DNA of 33,216 nt. It comes from a virus. Lineage: Duplodnaviria > Caudoviricetes. The notes under the pieces were generated by a model, which did no database searches, was not told the origin of the DNA, and was given only the letters and a program-made list of their open reading frames with translations. The number at the start of each line of letters is the position of its first letter. The first letter of the stretch is position 1. The stretch covers positions 1 to 33,216 of the IMG/VR virus record IMGVR_UViG_3300011335_000331. The stretch is one strand, 5' to 3'. The position numbers and the translations under genes were made by a program. Below, in pieces: positions 18,020 through 24,987 of the stretch.

Positions 18020-18109
18020 TTATTCCAGCGAAAAAAGTAAAACTACGAAAATCCACGTTGCTGCAAACAGTCCAATTCCGAGCAAACAATCCAATATGAT
18101 CTGTTTCAT
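18020..18109 (-). CDS. Membrane mini-protein (29 aa; not in ORF track)
   Basis: MKQIILDCLLGIGLFAATWIFVVLLFSLE*; ATGA overlap with the upstream gene; fills the gap before the ERF RBS. Confidence 0.65.
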   Translation of the reverse strand: MKQIILDCLLGIGLFAATWIFVVLLFSLE

Positions 18110-18483
18110 TCTTGCCCCTTGTCATCTGCAATGTCTTGCGCCATTTCCTCAACCATGTCGCTGTCAGCCAAGTGCTTTTTAAGCATTTCCTGCACCTTGT
18201 CAAACATTTTGTCGATGCGGTTTGATAATGCAAACTTGTCGGTGCCGAGCGTGGCCACCAGCATTTCGAGCGCGTAACTGGTGTCGAGTTCTTCGACGAT
18301 GTATTCGTAAAGGTCAAACTCAGCGCGCCCTGTTTTGGGGAAGCGACCGTTGTCGAGGATTTCCTCAACGATCGTATCCAGAGCTTCTGCGCGGTCATCG
18401 TCTGTGATTTCGCAGGCTTGACGATTAAGCGGGTAGCATTTCTTGCAATCGTCTGCACCGCAATTGCAACGCTCGGCGCTCAT
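18106..18483 (-). CDS. Acidic hypothetical protein with N-terminal CxCGAxDCxxC cluster (125 aa)
   Basis: MSAERCNCGADDCKKCYP followed by an acidic helical body; coupled overlaps. Confidence 0.7.
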   Translation of the reverse strand: MSAERCNCGADDCKKCYPLNRQACEITDDDRAEALDTIVEEILDNGRFPKTGRAEFDLYEYIVEELDTSYALEMLVATLGTDKFALSNRIDKMFDKVQEMLKKHLADSDMVEEMAQDIADDKGQE

Positions 18484-18899
18484 GCTGCTACCGCCAGTTC
18501 AACAACTTTTTGCACACCGAAAAGGGCGGTAAATTTTGACACTGCGATGTCGCGTTGCGCCGGTGTCAGCATAATCCAGTCTTTTGCAGCGTTGCCGTAA
18601 TTTGAATATTTTGATACCGCAATTAAAAACCATTCAGAAGATCCGCGCTCGATCGTGTAGTCATTAATGATGCGCGAATATTTGTAAGCGCTCGGCACAT
18701 TACCGCCAGACATACCCGATGCTTTAGCACCAGAGCGATTTTTTTTAAAAATACTGAAACGATCTAATTTTGTTTCCATCGCTTCCGCAAGTTTGAAAAT
18801 ATTTTCAGCGCTTGCAGTGTGCTCTGTTGCTTTGCCGTTAAGCTCATCAAGCATGGCGTTGATCTTTGCGCGGTTTGCTTCTACGATTTTAATTTTCAT
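18480..18899 (-). CDS. Hypothetical early protein (139 aa)
   Basis: Start moved to MKIKIVEANR because of RBS ggag at 18907-18910. Confidence 0.7.
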   Translation of the reverse strand: MKIKIVEANRAKINAMLDELNGKATEHTASAENIFKLAEAMETKLDRFSIFKKNRSGAKASGMSGGNVPSAYKYSRIINDYTIERGSSEWFLIAVSKYSNYGNAAKDWIMLTPAQRDIAVSKFTALFGVQKVVELAVAA

Positions 18900-18975
18900 C
18901 TTGTTTCTCCGTTTGATTGCCAGACTCGCTCTGGCTGCGTATTCCAAAACCCCCGCGTGAACAGGGGCAGGAGAA

Positions 18976-19107
18976 TCAGTCTGCTTGCAGTTCTTGGAAT
19001 CTTTCCCATTCGAATTCTTTATTTACGCGGTAGCCGTTTGCTTTTGCATCTGCTTTCAAGTCTGCGTAGTAGGCTTCAAATTCTTTTTTCATTTCTGTTT
19101 TGCTCAT
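18976..19107 (-). CDS. First gene of leftward operon, 43-aa charged helical peptide (not in ORF track)
   Basis: MSKTEMKKEFEAYYADLKADAKANGYRVNKEFEWERFQELQAD*; RBS caggag; directly downstream of the leftward promoter. Confidence 0.7.
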   Translation of the reverse strand: MSKTEMKKEFEAYYADLKADAKANGYRVNKEFEWERFQELQAD

Positions 19108-19152
19108 TTTGTTGCTCCTGTAAAGTTTTGTTTGCAATCCGGTATGGAAAGG

Positions 19153-19181
19153 ATAATAATGACTACCGCAACACTTTGCAA
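19153..19181 (-). promoter_or_regulatory. Leftward early sigma70-type promoter (PL-like)
   Basis: On the - strand TTGCAA (19181-19176), 17 nt, TATTAT (19158-19153), in the AT-rich divergent intergenic region. Confidence 0.7.
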
Positions 19182-19229
19182 CATCATTTTACAAGTATTT
19201 TATAACATAAACAAATCAAAGGGTTACAG

Positions 19230-19406
19230 ATGCTAAAATCAGACGTTATTGCTTATTACGGGGGCGTTCGGGCCGTTGCCGAGGCGCTAAAACTGTCAAC
19301 GCAGGCGGTTTCAGCATGGAAAGCGATCATTCCTGAGGTGAATGCCTGGCGCATTTACTCGCTGACAAAGGGCGAGCTTACGATTGACCAGGCACTGTAT
19401 GAGTGA
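19230..19406 (+). CDS. cro: Cro-family HTH repressor (58 aa; not in ORF track)
   Basis: MLKSDVIAYYGGVRAVAEALKLSTQAVSAWKAIIPEVNAWRIYSLTKGELTIDQALYE* closely follows the P22 Cro pattern (K.DVI..FG..RAVA.AL..S..AVS.WK..IPE..A.R); first rightward gene. Confidence 0.88.
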   Translation: MLKSDVIAYYGGVRAVAEALKLSTQAVSAWKAIIPEVNAWRIYSLTKGELTIDQALYE

Positions 19407-19776
19407 TCTCAAAGACCGCTTTGCAATGGCAGCGATGGTTGCGATTTTGCGGCGTGAAAATAAGCCATCAAATTATTTGGATGTTGCGCGAGATGCTTAT
19501 AGGTGCGCGGAATTCATGGTGGACGAACGGCAAAAACAAATTGATCTCTCCGCGTTAAACGAGAAACGAAACAACAGCGACATGCGAACGCTGAAGCTAT
19601 CAACGCGTTTTCACTACGCTCTGCTGTCGGAGGATTTGTATACCATCGCTGACATCTGCGCTTACACCGAAAAAGAGATTCTGCGAATCCCAAACATTGG
19701 TCGCACACAGTTGGCGCATTTGATAACTGCTCTTGCCGCGGTTGGCGAAAAACTGGCGGCACCGCGTGAAAAATGA
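19399..19776 (+). CDS. Fusion of a small phage helical domain to an RNA polymerase alpha-subunit C-terminal domain (alpha-CTD) homologue
   Basis: C-terminal LKLSTRFHYALLSEDLYTIADICAYTEKEILRIPNIGRTQLAHLITAL aligns without gaps to the RpoA CTD ([48 protein letters not shown]). The N-terminal D.FAMAAM...A..AY..A..M..ER is a common small phage domain. Confidence 0.82.
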   Translation: MSDLKDRFAMAAMVAILRRENKPSNYLDVARDAYRCAEFMVDERQKQIDLSALNEKRNNSDMRTLKLSTRFHYALLSEDLYTIADICAYTEKEILRIPNIGRTQLAHLITALAAVGEKLAAPREK

Positions 19777-20020
19777 TACCCATGAATGGAAGTTGACAGA
19801 CTGGCGCGAGTATCGGGATAAATGTAAGACAAAAACCAATTTACGCGTCAGGCATGTTCCGGTTGGTCATTTGTTTACATTGATCCGCACCAACGAGGTG
19901 TATTTTATGGTGGAAATTAAACACGAAACGCCAAGCGGAACGCGGTATGTTGTGCGAAAAAAAGGCGAAACAAAAAACAGCAGTTTGCATCATTCCTGCC
20001 ACGTGGTTTTGTTTGACTAA
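19766..20020 (+). CDS. Hypothetical basic protein (~84 aa; GTG start uncertain)
   Basis: Open frame filling the gap between neighbours in the rightward operon. Confidence 0.55.
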   Translation: MKNDTHEWKLTDWREYRDKCKTKTNLRVRHVPVGHLFTLIRTNEVYFMVEIKHETPSGTRYVVRKKGETKNSSLHHSCHVVLFD

Positions 20021-20022
20021 AT

Positions 20023-20247
20023 ATGGAGTGCCTTGGCTGCAATTACATCAAGACCGCGCCGGTCACACTCCGCGATGGTCGGCTAGTCTGTTCGAGCTGC
20101 GAGGCGTGGCGCCTGGAGTGCGAAGCCAGGACAATCCTCAAGCGGCGGGATCGAAAAGAATATCTTGAAAAAGTCAGGCAGAAACGGGGTGTGGATGCCG
20201 CGGTCGAGCTGCGGAACGAAATGCTTGCAATTAAAAATGGCACGTAA
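20023..20247 (+). CDS. Hypothetical protein with two CxxC motifs (74 aa)
   Basis: CLGC...CSSCEAWRLECEAR...YLEKVRQKRG..AAVELR. Confidence 0.7.
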   Translation: MECLGCNYIKTAPVTLRDGRLVCSSCEAWRLECEARTILKRRDRKEYLEKVRQKRGVDAAVELRNEMLAIKNGT

Positions 20248-20253
20248 TATGAT
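20225..20253 (+). promoter_or_regulatory. sigma70-type promoter for the replication genes
   Basis: TTGCAA (20225-20230), 17 nt, TATGAT (20248-20253). Confidence 0.7.
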
Positions 20254-20256
20254 TTC

Positions 20257-20345
20257 AAGTGATGCGTTGGTCGGCAGGCCACGCAAGCTGAACCCAGCCA
20301 GTACTGGGTGATGGCGCATCACTTCTTCACCTTACTGGAGGTAAA
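20257..20345 (+). ncRNA. Structured 5' leader of the replication initiator (candidate cis-regulatory RNA)
   Basis: 10-bp closing stem aagtgatgcg/cgcatcactt enclosing two hairpins, followed by an RBS-containing hairpin. Confidence 0.55.
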
Positions 20346-20348
20346 AAA

Positions 20349-21110
20349 ATGCACCATTTCCCATTTCATATTGGCGATTATCTAGCCGCAACCTCGCATT
20401 TATCTAATGACGAGGATCTCGCATTTCGCCGCATTCTCGACATGTATTACCACACCGAGTTGCCAATCCCGCTTGATACAAAGTGGGTTGCCAAGCGGTT
20501 ACGAATTTCCGTTGAAGCCATTGAATCCGTTTTGCAAGATCTGTTTGTAAAACACGAGGATGGATACCACCACAAACGCTGTGACGAGGAAATTGCCAAA
20601 TATCAGGGCTTCACGGTCAGCGGCAAAAAAGGGGCCGAAGTCCGATGGGGTAAGGATCGGGGGGCTATCGGGGGTGCATCGGGGGGCGATGGGGTGCCTA
20701 TAGGGTGCCTATCAAACCCTAATAGCAACCAAGAACCAAGAACCAAGAACCGAGAACTTATAACCGAGAACCTTAAACCAAGTAGATTAAAAACTATAGT
20801 CGCTAAAAGCGACTGTATTTGTCCTGAAACAGTATCCGAGGAAGTTTGGCAAGACTTTCAAACCCTCCGCAGGGCAAAGAAAGCACCGCTGACAAACTCA
20901 GCCATCAGCAGGATTGAAAAGGAAGCTGGCAAGGCCGGTATCCTTCTGGAGGCCGCTTTGATCGAGTGCTGCGCTAGAGGCTGGACCGGATTTAAAGCAG
21001 ATTGGGTAAAGGCTGAACCATTCAGCGTGGGGGCTGCTACCCGCAAGATTCTGGAACGCGAGCTGGAGAAAGAGGCTCGATTAATCAACCCGTGGGAGGA
21101 AATTCAATGA
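20349..21110 (+). CDS. Replication initiator, DUF1376/YdaU family (lambda O position)
   Basis: MHHFPFHIGDYLAATSHLSNDEDLAFRRILDMYY.TE.P N-terminus and C-terminal W.DF..LRRAKKAPLT...RGWTGFKADW; RBS ggaggt. Confidence 0.88.
   Translation: MHHFPFHIGDYLAATSHLSNDEDLAFRRILDMYYHTELPIPLDTKWVAKRLRISVEAIESVLQDLFVKHEDGYHHKRCDEEIAKYQGFTVSGKKGAEVRWGKDRGAIGGASGGDGVPIGCLSNPNSNQEPRTKNRELITENLKPSRLKTIVAKSDCICPETVSEEVWQDFQTLRRAKKAPLTNSAISRIEKEAGKAGILLEAALIECCARGWTGFKADWVKAEPFSVGAATRKILERELEKEARLINPWEEIQ
20643..20780. repeat. Iteron-like repeats, putative replication origin within the initiator gene
   Basis: About six G-rich at(c/g/a)ggg(g) units at ~11-bp spacing (20643-20710), followed by tandem 7-mers aacc(a/g)ag (20727-20772). 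Confidence 0.65.
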
Positions 21111-21589
21111 TTCGGTCATGGTCGGTCAGGCTGCACCAAGTTTTCAAAAGTATGTATGCTCAAAAATTCTCGTCATTGTTCAAAGACGAAAGCGAGATCG
21201 AGGGCTGGATTGACACCTGGGCCCAGCTGGATTGTGATGCTGAATCGGTGCAAGCCGCTTTGAAGCAGCTGCCGGTGCAGTTTCCGGACTGGCCGCCGAC
21301 CCTCGGGCAGTTTCAGGCTTTACTGCAAAACAAGCCGAAATTGCTACTGCCGAGCCCCCCCGTCGAGCGCACCCAGCCGAGTGCGGAACAAGCGGCGGCT
21401 TTGCAGAAGGTTGCGACTGCGAAGATAAACCCTCGAATGCCCTGGTGGACACCGGACAAGGTAAAAAATCAACAGCAGGTGGATTTTATCGTGATGCAGG
21501 CCCGGCATTTTGGGAAAGACTCAGACGCAGGGCAGTTTCTGCGGAAATGTCAGGATGCTGGCGTTATTAATGGAATGGAACTGGCATGA
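21107..21589 (+). CDS. Replication protein P-like helicase loader
   Basis: Follows the initiator with an ATGA overlap; F..MY..KF...F......W...W and FPDWPPTLGQF motifs as in lambda-P-like proteins. Confidence 0.65.
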   Translation: MIRSWSVRLHQVFKSMYAQKFSSLFKDESEIEGWIDTWAQLDCDAESVQAALKQLPVQFPDWPPTLGQFQALLQNKPKLLLPSPPVERTQPSAEQAAALQKVATAKINPRMPWWTPDKVKNQQQVDFIVMQARHFGKDSDAGQFLRKCQDAGVINGMELA

Positions 21590-21771
21590 AATCACCCAGC
21601 CGACCACCGCCCAGCGTTGATTTAGTCTGTTTGATTTGCGGCAACAAAAATTTCTTTGTGCGGCACACCAACTATTATTGCAAACAATGCCGCAAAAAAC
21701 ACGCTCGCAAGGTCCAGTCGGGATCTGGAGTCATCGCAGGACCGTGTTATCACAGGCAAAACCCACTTTAA
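21586..21771 (+). CDS. Zinc-finger mini-protein (61 aa)
   Basis: CLIC...YCKQCRKK; ATGA overlap with the upstream gene. Confidence 0.6.
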   Translation: MKSPSRPPPSVDLVCLICGNKNFFVRHTNYYCKQCRKKHARKVQSGSGVIAGPCYHRQNPL

Positions 21772-21783
21772 ATCGGAGGATTT

Positions 21784-22086
21784 ATGACCAGGGCAGAACA
21801 GATTTACCGAGACTTTGAACAGTTTGACATGGCCAACCAGGAGGTCTGGAAGCTGTTTGAAAAATACGTGTTGATGATTATTCAGAAAGATTTTAACCAT
21901 TACGGGGCTTCAGCAGTCTTTGAGAGAATCCGCTGGCATGTGCAGATCGAGACTACCGGCAAAGAATTTAAGCTGAACAACAATTATTGCGCCCATTACG
22001 CCAGAAAATTCGAGGATCAATACCCAGACTATGCAGGGTTTTTCAGGGTGCGCCGGCTGGTCAGCGAGAATCAGAGGCCGAAATGA
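21784..22086 (+). CDS. Conserved hypothetical phage protein (100 aa)
   Basis: Strong RBS ggagga; F..F...N.EVW.LF...FERIRW...FKLNNNY.A.YAR motif. Confidence 0.75.
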   Translation: MTRAEQIYRDFEQFDMANQEVWKLFEKYVLMIIQKDFNHYGASAVFERIRWHVQIETTGKEFKLNNNYCAHYARKFEDQYPDYAGFFRVRRLVSENQRPK

Positions 22087-22418
22087 TCTGCCCAGTCTGT
22101 GAGGAACGAAGGAATAATGGTCAGAATGCGGCCCAGTGGCCGATTTTGGGGGCATGGGCAAAACAAAAACAATGGCCGATCAATGGATCTTTGTGCTGGC
22201 TTTCGGACGAGGAATGGAAGGACATTCTGACCGCGGCTTTTGAAGGCGAGACTTCCCCGCGGATCTCGCCTGGACTCGAGGGCGGAATGGTCATGCTAGG
22301 CCGAAGGACCAGTCGTTACGGGAAAAAGCGGTTTTCAGAATGGCTGGATTGGCTCAATGCTGCCAGCCATCACGCGGGAATTAAAATACCGGCACCAGAG
22401 GGCTATGACCAAAGCTGA
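22083..22418 (+). CDS. ninB: NinB/Orf-family recombination protein
   Basis: R...QNA..W..L...AKQ..W, EEWKDILTAA, GLEGGMVMLGRRTS and FSEWLDW motifs; start at the ATGA overlap. Confidence 0.8.
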   Translation: MICPVCEERRNNGQNAAQWPILGAWAKQKQWPINGSLCWLSDEEWKDILTAAFEGETSPRISPGLEGGMVMLGRRTSRYGKKRFSEWLDWLNAASHHAGIKIPAPEGYDQS

Positions 22419-22689
22419 GAAAAAGTGGATGCAATCGGTGGCCGAGCTGGGCTGCATCGTCTGTCTGCAAGCGGGATTTGGCTATGTTCCATGCTGCGTT
22501 CACCACATCCTGGAATCTGGCCGGAGGAAAGGTCATCTGCATACCATTGGGCTTTGTCCAGGCCATCACGCCTCTGGATTAAATACCGAGAAAGTGGTCA
22601 GCCGACACCCCTGGTTGAAAGAGTTTGAGAGACGTTACGGTACCGAAAAAGAACTGTGGAAAAAGACATGCGACGCGCTGCGAGGGTAG
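22405..22689 (+). CDS. ref: Ref-like (RecA-dependent) HNH nuclease
   Basis: MTKAEKKWMQSVAELGCIVC...VHHI...TIGLCPGHH...FERRYGTEKEL. Confidence 0.75.
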   Translation: MTKAEKKWMQSVAELGCIVCLQAGFGYVPCCVHHILESGRRKGHLHTIGLCPGHHASGLNTEKVVSRHPWLKEFERRYGTEKELWKKTCDALRG

Positions 22690-22952
22690 ATTCTAATCAC
22701 ACTGAAATTGTCAAAGTCTTTAGGCAATTGGGCTGTTCGGTGCTTTCTCTGGCTGCGTTGGGTAAAGGAGTGCCTGACCTGCTGGTGGCCACACACGGTA
22801 TCACATGGCTTGTGGAAGTAAAGGCAGGCAAGGGTAAGGAAAACGCTCTGCAAACCGCGTGGGGGGCTTCGTGGCAAGGCTCAAGGGCATTGGTGCGGGA
22901 TACTGAAGATGTGGAATTATTGGTCAAAAGGATGTTGACGAGCAGATTTTGA
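22668..22952 (+). CDS. PD-(D/E)xK nuclease (VRR-NUC-like, putative Holliday-junction resolvase)
   Basis: MRRAARVDSN..EIV, GKGVPDLLV, LVEVK and Q..W motifs. Confidence 0.8.
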   Translation: MRRAARVDSNHTEIVKVFRQLGCSVLSLAALGKGVPDLLVATHGITWLVEVKAGKGKENALQTAWGASWQGSRALVRDTEDVELLVKRMLTSRF

Positions 22953-22963
22953 GAGGTTATTCT
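22935..22963 (+). promoter_or_regulatory. sigma70-type promoter heading the late/packaging block
   Basis: TTGACG (22935-22940), 17 nt, TATTCT (22958-22963). Confidence 0.7.
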
Positions 22964-22970
22964 GCAATTT

Positions 22971-23048
22971 GCGCTGATCTCCTCCGTGAAGCGCCCCCCG
23001 CTAAACGGCGACTTGGATGTCGCGGGCATCCTCCCGGCGGTCGCCGTT
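22971..23048 (+). ncRNA. Structured late leader / candidate small RNA with anti-Shine-Dalgarno loop
   Basis: Hairpin gcgct/agcgc with a ctcctccg loop, a C6 linker, then a 9-bp stem aacggcgac/gtcgccgtt enclosing a ggatgtc/ggcatcc hairpin. Confidence 0.5.
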
Positions 23049-23062
23049 GCTATTGAGGTTCT

Positions 23063-24976
23063 ATGCCCGAGTCTGTAAATGCCCTAGAGCAATATTACCG
23101 TGACCTCGGGCCAGCGACCGCTAACCCTAATTTTCTGGCACAAGGTCGCAGGGCAAACGTGGCGCAGCGGTCAATGCCAGGACCAACAATGCAGGCAGCC
23201 AACACCCAGCTCGCAAAAGAATTTAGCAGCATGGGGGATCGTGGCGCAATACCGGATCTCATCAACCGCGGATTAATTGCCAACACCGCAGGTCTGCCGG
23301 TTGATCTCTTGAATACTGTTTTGCAATCCCTTGGACTGGGTGCAGAACAACCCGTTGGCGGTTCGGATTCAATTCGTCGGGCGCTGGAATATTACGGGTT
23401 ATCGTCAGACACCCAACGACCGATGCTTGAGACTCTTGCCGGACTGACCCCGCCAAAGGCTGTTATGGGAGCAGCTCGGGCAGCAGGACAAGGAGCAGAA
23501 GCTGTAGGCAGGGCGGCGGCTCCGGTGGCTGGGCAGGCAATTGAGAATTACATGGTGCAATCGGGTTCTGTATTGCCGGTGGTTAAAATGGGCGGCGGTA
23601 ATTGGGTGAACAATTCTGTTGAAAAATCATTAGAAAACATAAAAGGTAATCTTATGGATTACCCTCGACCATTTTATGGTGCTCCGGATCATCCTGCAAA
23701 TATTGCAACTATTGCAACTAATAATTGGGTTGATAAACAACTTACAAATTATGTAAAAAATCAAATGGGTACGGCTGGTGATCCAATAACAGCGTTAGCA
23801 GAAAAAGGAATCTTGCATTTTGAGCCAGGCGCCACTAGTAGAACTCAATTGCCAAAAGAACTGTCGGCAAAAGTATCTCGCAGAATGTTAGATATGCCGG
23901 AAGAAAACACAGCTGTATCAAACCTTGCTAAAACATGGGAAAACTATTCTGATTCCGCAATTACTGGCGCTCCATATAGACTTCAATTGCCAATGGTAAC
24001 GAAAGAAACTGCAAATCAAGAATTAAGTTTGTTGGGCGGAGATTTTGCGGTAAAAAATCCTAATGCGTTTGCATATGCAATGAATCGTGGGGCCGATACA
24101 CAAGGTCTTGGCTTCAATAAATTATATGAAGAAATAAGAAATGCAACTTATTCCGGAGCTTCCCCGGCCAATAATTTACTTCCTAAAAATTTACAAATAA
24201 AACCAGAGTCACTTGAAAGGCTGTCTGTTCCGCAAGCGGTAGAGCGGGTAGCAAAAATAAATAAATGGAAAGCGTCCGAACAAATCAAGGCTGATTTAAA
24301 CCATTCTAAAAACGAAGCAACAATAATTGTAAAAGAATACCCAAATGAAGGTATGAATTTAGTTAGATTAAAACTTCCATCTGCTGAAATTCAACCTAAC
24401 AGAGACATAGCAAACAAAAGTTTAAAAGATGCCTTAAATTACGAAGGCAGAAAAATGAATCATTGCATTGGTTCGTATTGCCAAAAAGTAGCAATGCAAG
24501 ACGGAACAGAGATTTATTCCTTAAGAGACAAAAAGGGAATTCCTCATGTAACAATTGAAGTTGAATCTTTTAAAATTCCTTACAAACCAGGTGAAGCGCA
24601 AAAATTAGCAGATGCACAAGGTTTAACTGGCGATGATTGGAATCGTTATGTTAACTTAAAAATAGCAGAAGGAAAAGAAACGGCAAATAGTGCAATTAAA
24701 TCAATACAAGGAAATTCAAATCAAAAACCAGCGGAAAAATATTGGCCAGCAATACAAGATTTTATAAATTCCAGAAATTGGATGAGCGCAAGAGATTCTT
24801 ATAAAGTAGGTTTAATCAACAAAAGTGATTTAGTTGATGAATTCACAACTGACCAATTACAAAAAATGGGTAAAGGTGAATTTATTTCAAATAAAGATCT
24901 TAAATTGTTTAGAGCTAACAATCCTGGCGCTGCCAACCACGACGGTTGGGCAGATAAAACGCCACGAACATTTTAG
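23063..24976 (+). CDS. 637-aa protein with injection-protein-like N-terminus and C-terminal PcfJ-like domain
   Basis: L.YEG..M.HCIG.Y...IYSLRD..G.PHVTIEV...I..IQG..N..P is the PcfJ-like pattern; Gly/Ala-rich amphipathic N-terminus (AGLPVDLLN...PVGGSD). Confidence 0.7.
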   Translation: MPESVNALEQYYRDLGPATANPNFLAQGRRANVAQRSMPGPTMQAANTQLAKEFSSMGDRGAIPDLINRGLIANTAGLPVDLLNTVLQSLGLGAEQPVGGSDSIRRALEYYGLSSDTQRPMLETLAGLTPPKAVMGAARAAGQGAEAVGRAAAPVAGQAIENYMVQSGSVLPVVKMGGGNWVNNSVEKSLENIKGNLMDYPRPFYGAPDHPANIATIATNNWVDKQLTNYVKNQMGTAGDPITALAEKGILHFEPGATSRTQLPKELSAKVSRRMLDMPEENTAVSNLAKTWENYSDSAITGAPYRLQLPMVTKETANQELSLLGGDFAVKNPNAFAYAMNRGADTQGLGFNKLYEEIRNATYSGASPANNLLPKNLQIKPESLERLSVPQAVERVAKINKWKASEQIKADLNHSKNEATIIVKEYPNEGMNLVRLKLPSAEIQPNRDIANKSLKDALNYEGRKMNHCIGSYCQKVAMQDGTEIYSLRDKKGIPHVTIEVESFKIPYKPGEAQKLADAQGLTGDDWNRYVNLKIAEGKETANSAIKSIQGNSNQKPAEKYWPAIQDFINSRNWMSARDSYKVGLINKSDLVDEFTTDQLQKMGKGEFISNKDLKLFRANNPGAANHDGWADKTPRTF

Positions 24977-24987
24977 GAAAAAATATA

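Noticed and set aside
18006-18458. 150-aa minus-strand ORF from the track
   Set aside because: It is an alternative frame over the coupled 125-aa and 29-aa genes, with no RBS and no recognisable motifs.
18919-18935. Hairpin as a lambda-type boxB/nut site
   Set aside because: The loop GCGAG does not fit the boxB loop consensus, no boxA is evident, and no Arg-rich N-like protein was found.
20257-20324. Multibranch structure as a tRNA or hammerhead ribozyme
   Set aside because: It has no T-loop (TTCRA), D-loop or CCA end, and no CUGANGA/GAAA hammerhead core.
20727-20772. Tandem repeats as a CRISPR array or DGR element
   Set aside because: They are 7-bp units without spacers inside a coding region; no cas or reverse transcriptase gene and no TR/VR pair was seen.
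23007-23060. Possible minimal HDV-like (theta) ribozyme: 7-bp ggcgact/ggtcgcc stem, uccuccc loop, downstream gcua
   Set aside because: The GG needed for P1.1 is absent and the required P2 would be mostly wobbles with a mismatch; a simple nested fold explains the sequence better. A covariance-model search would settle it.
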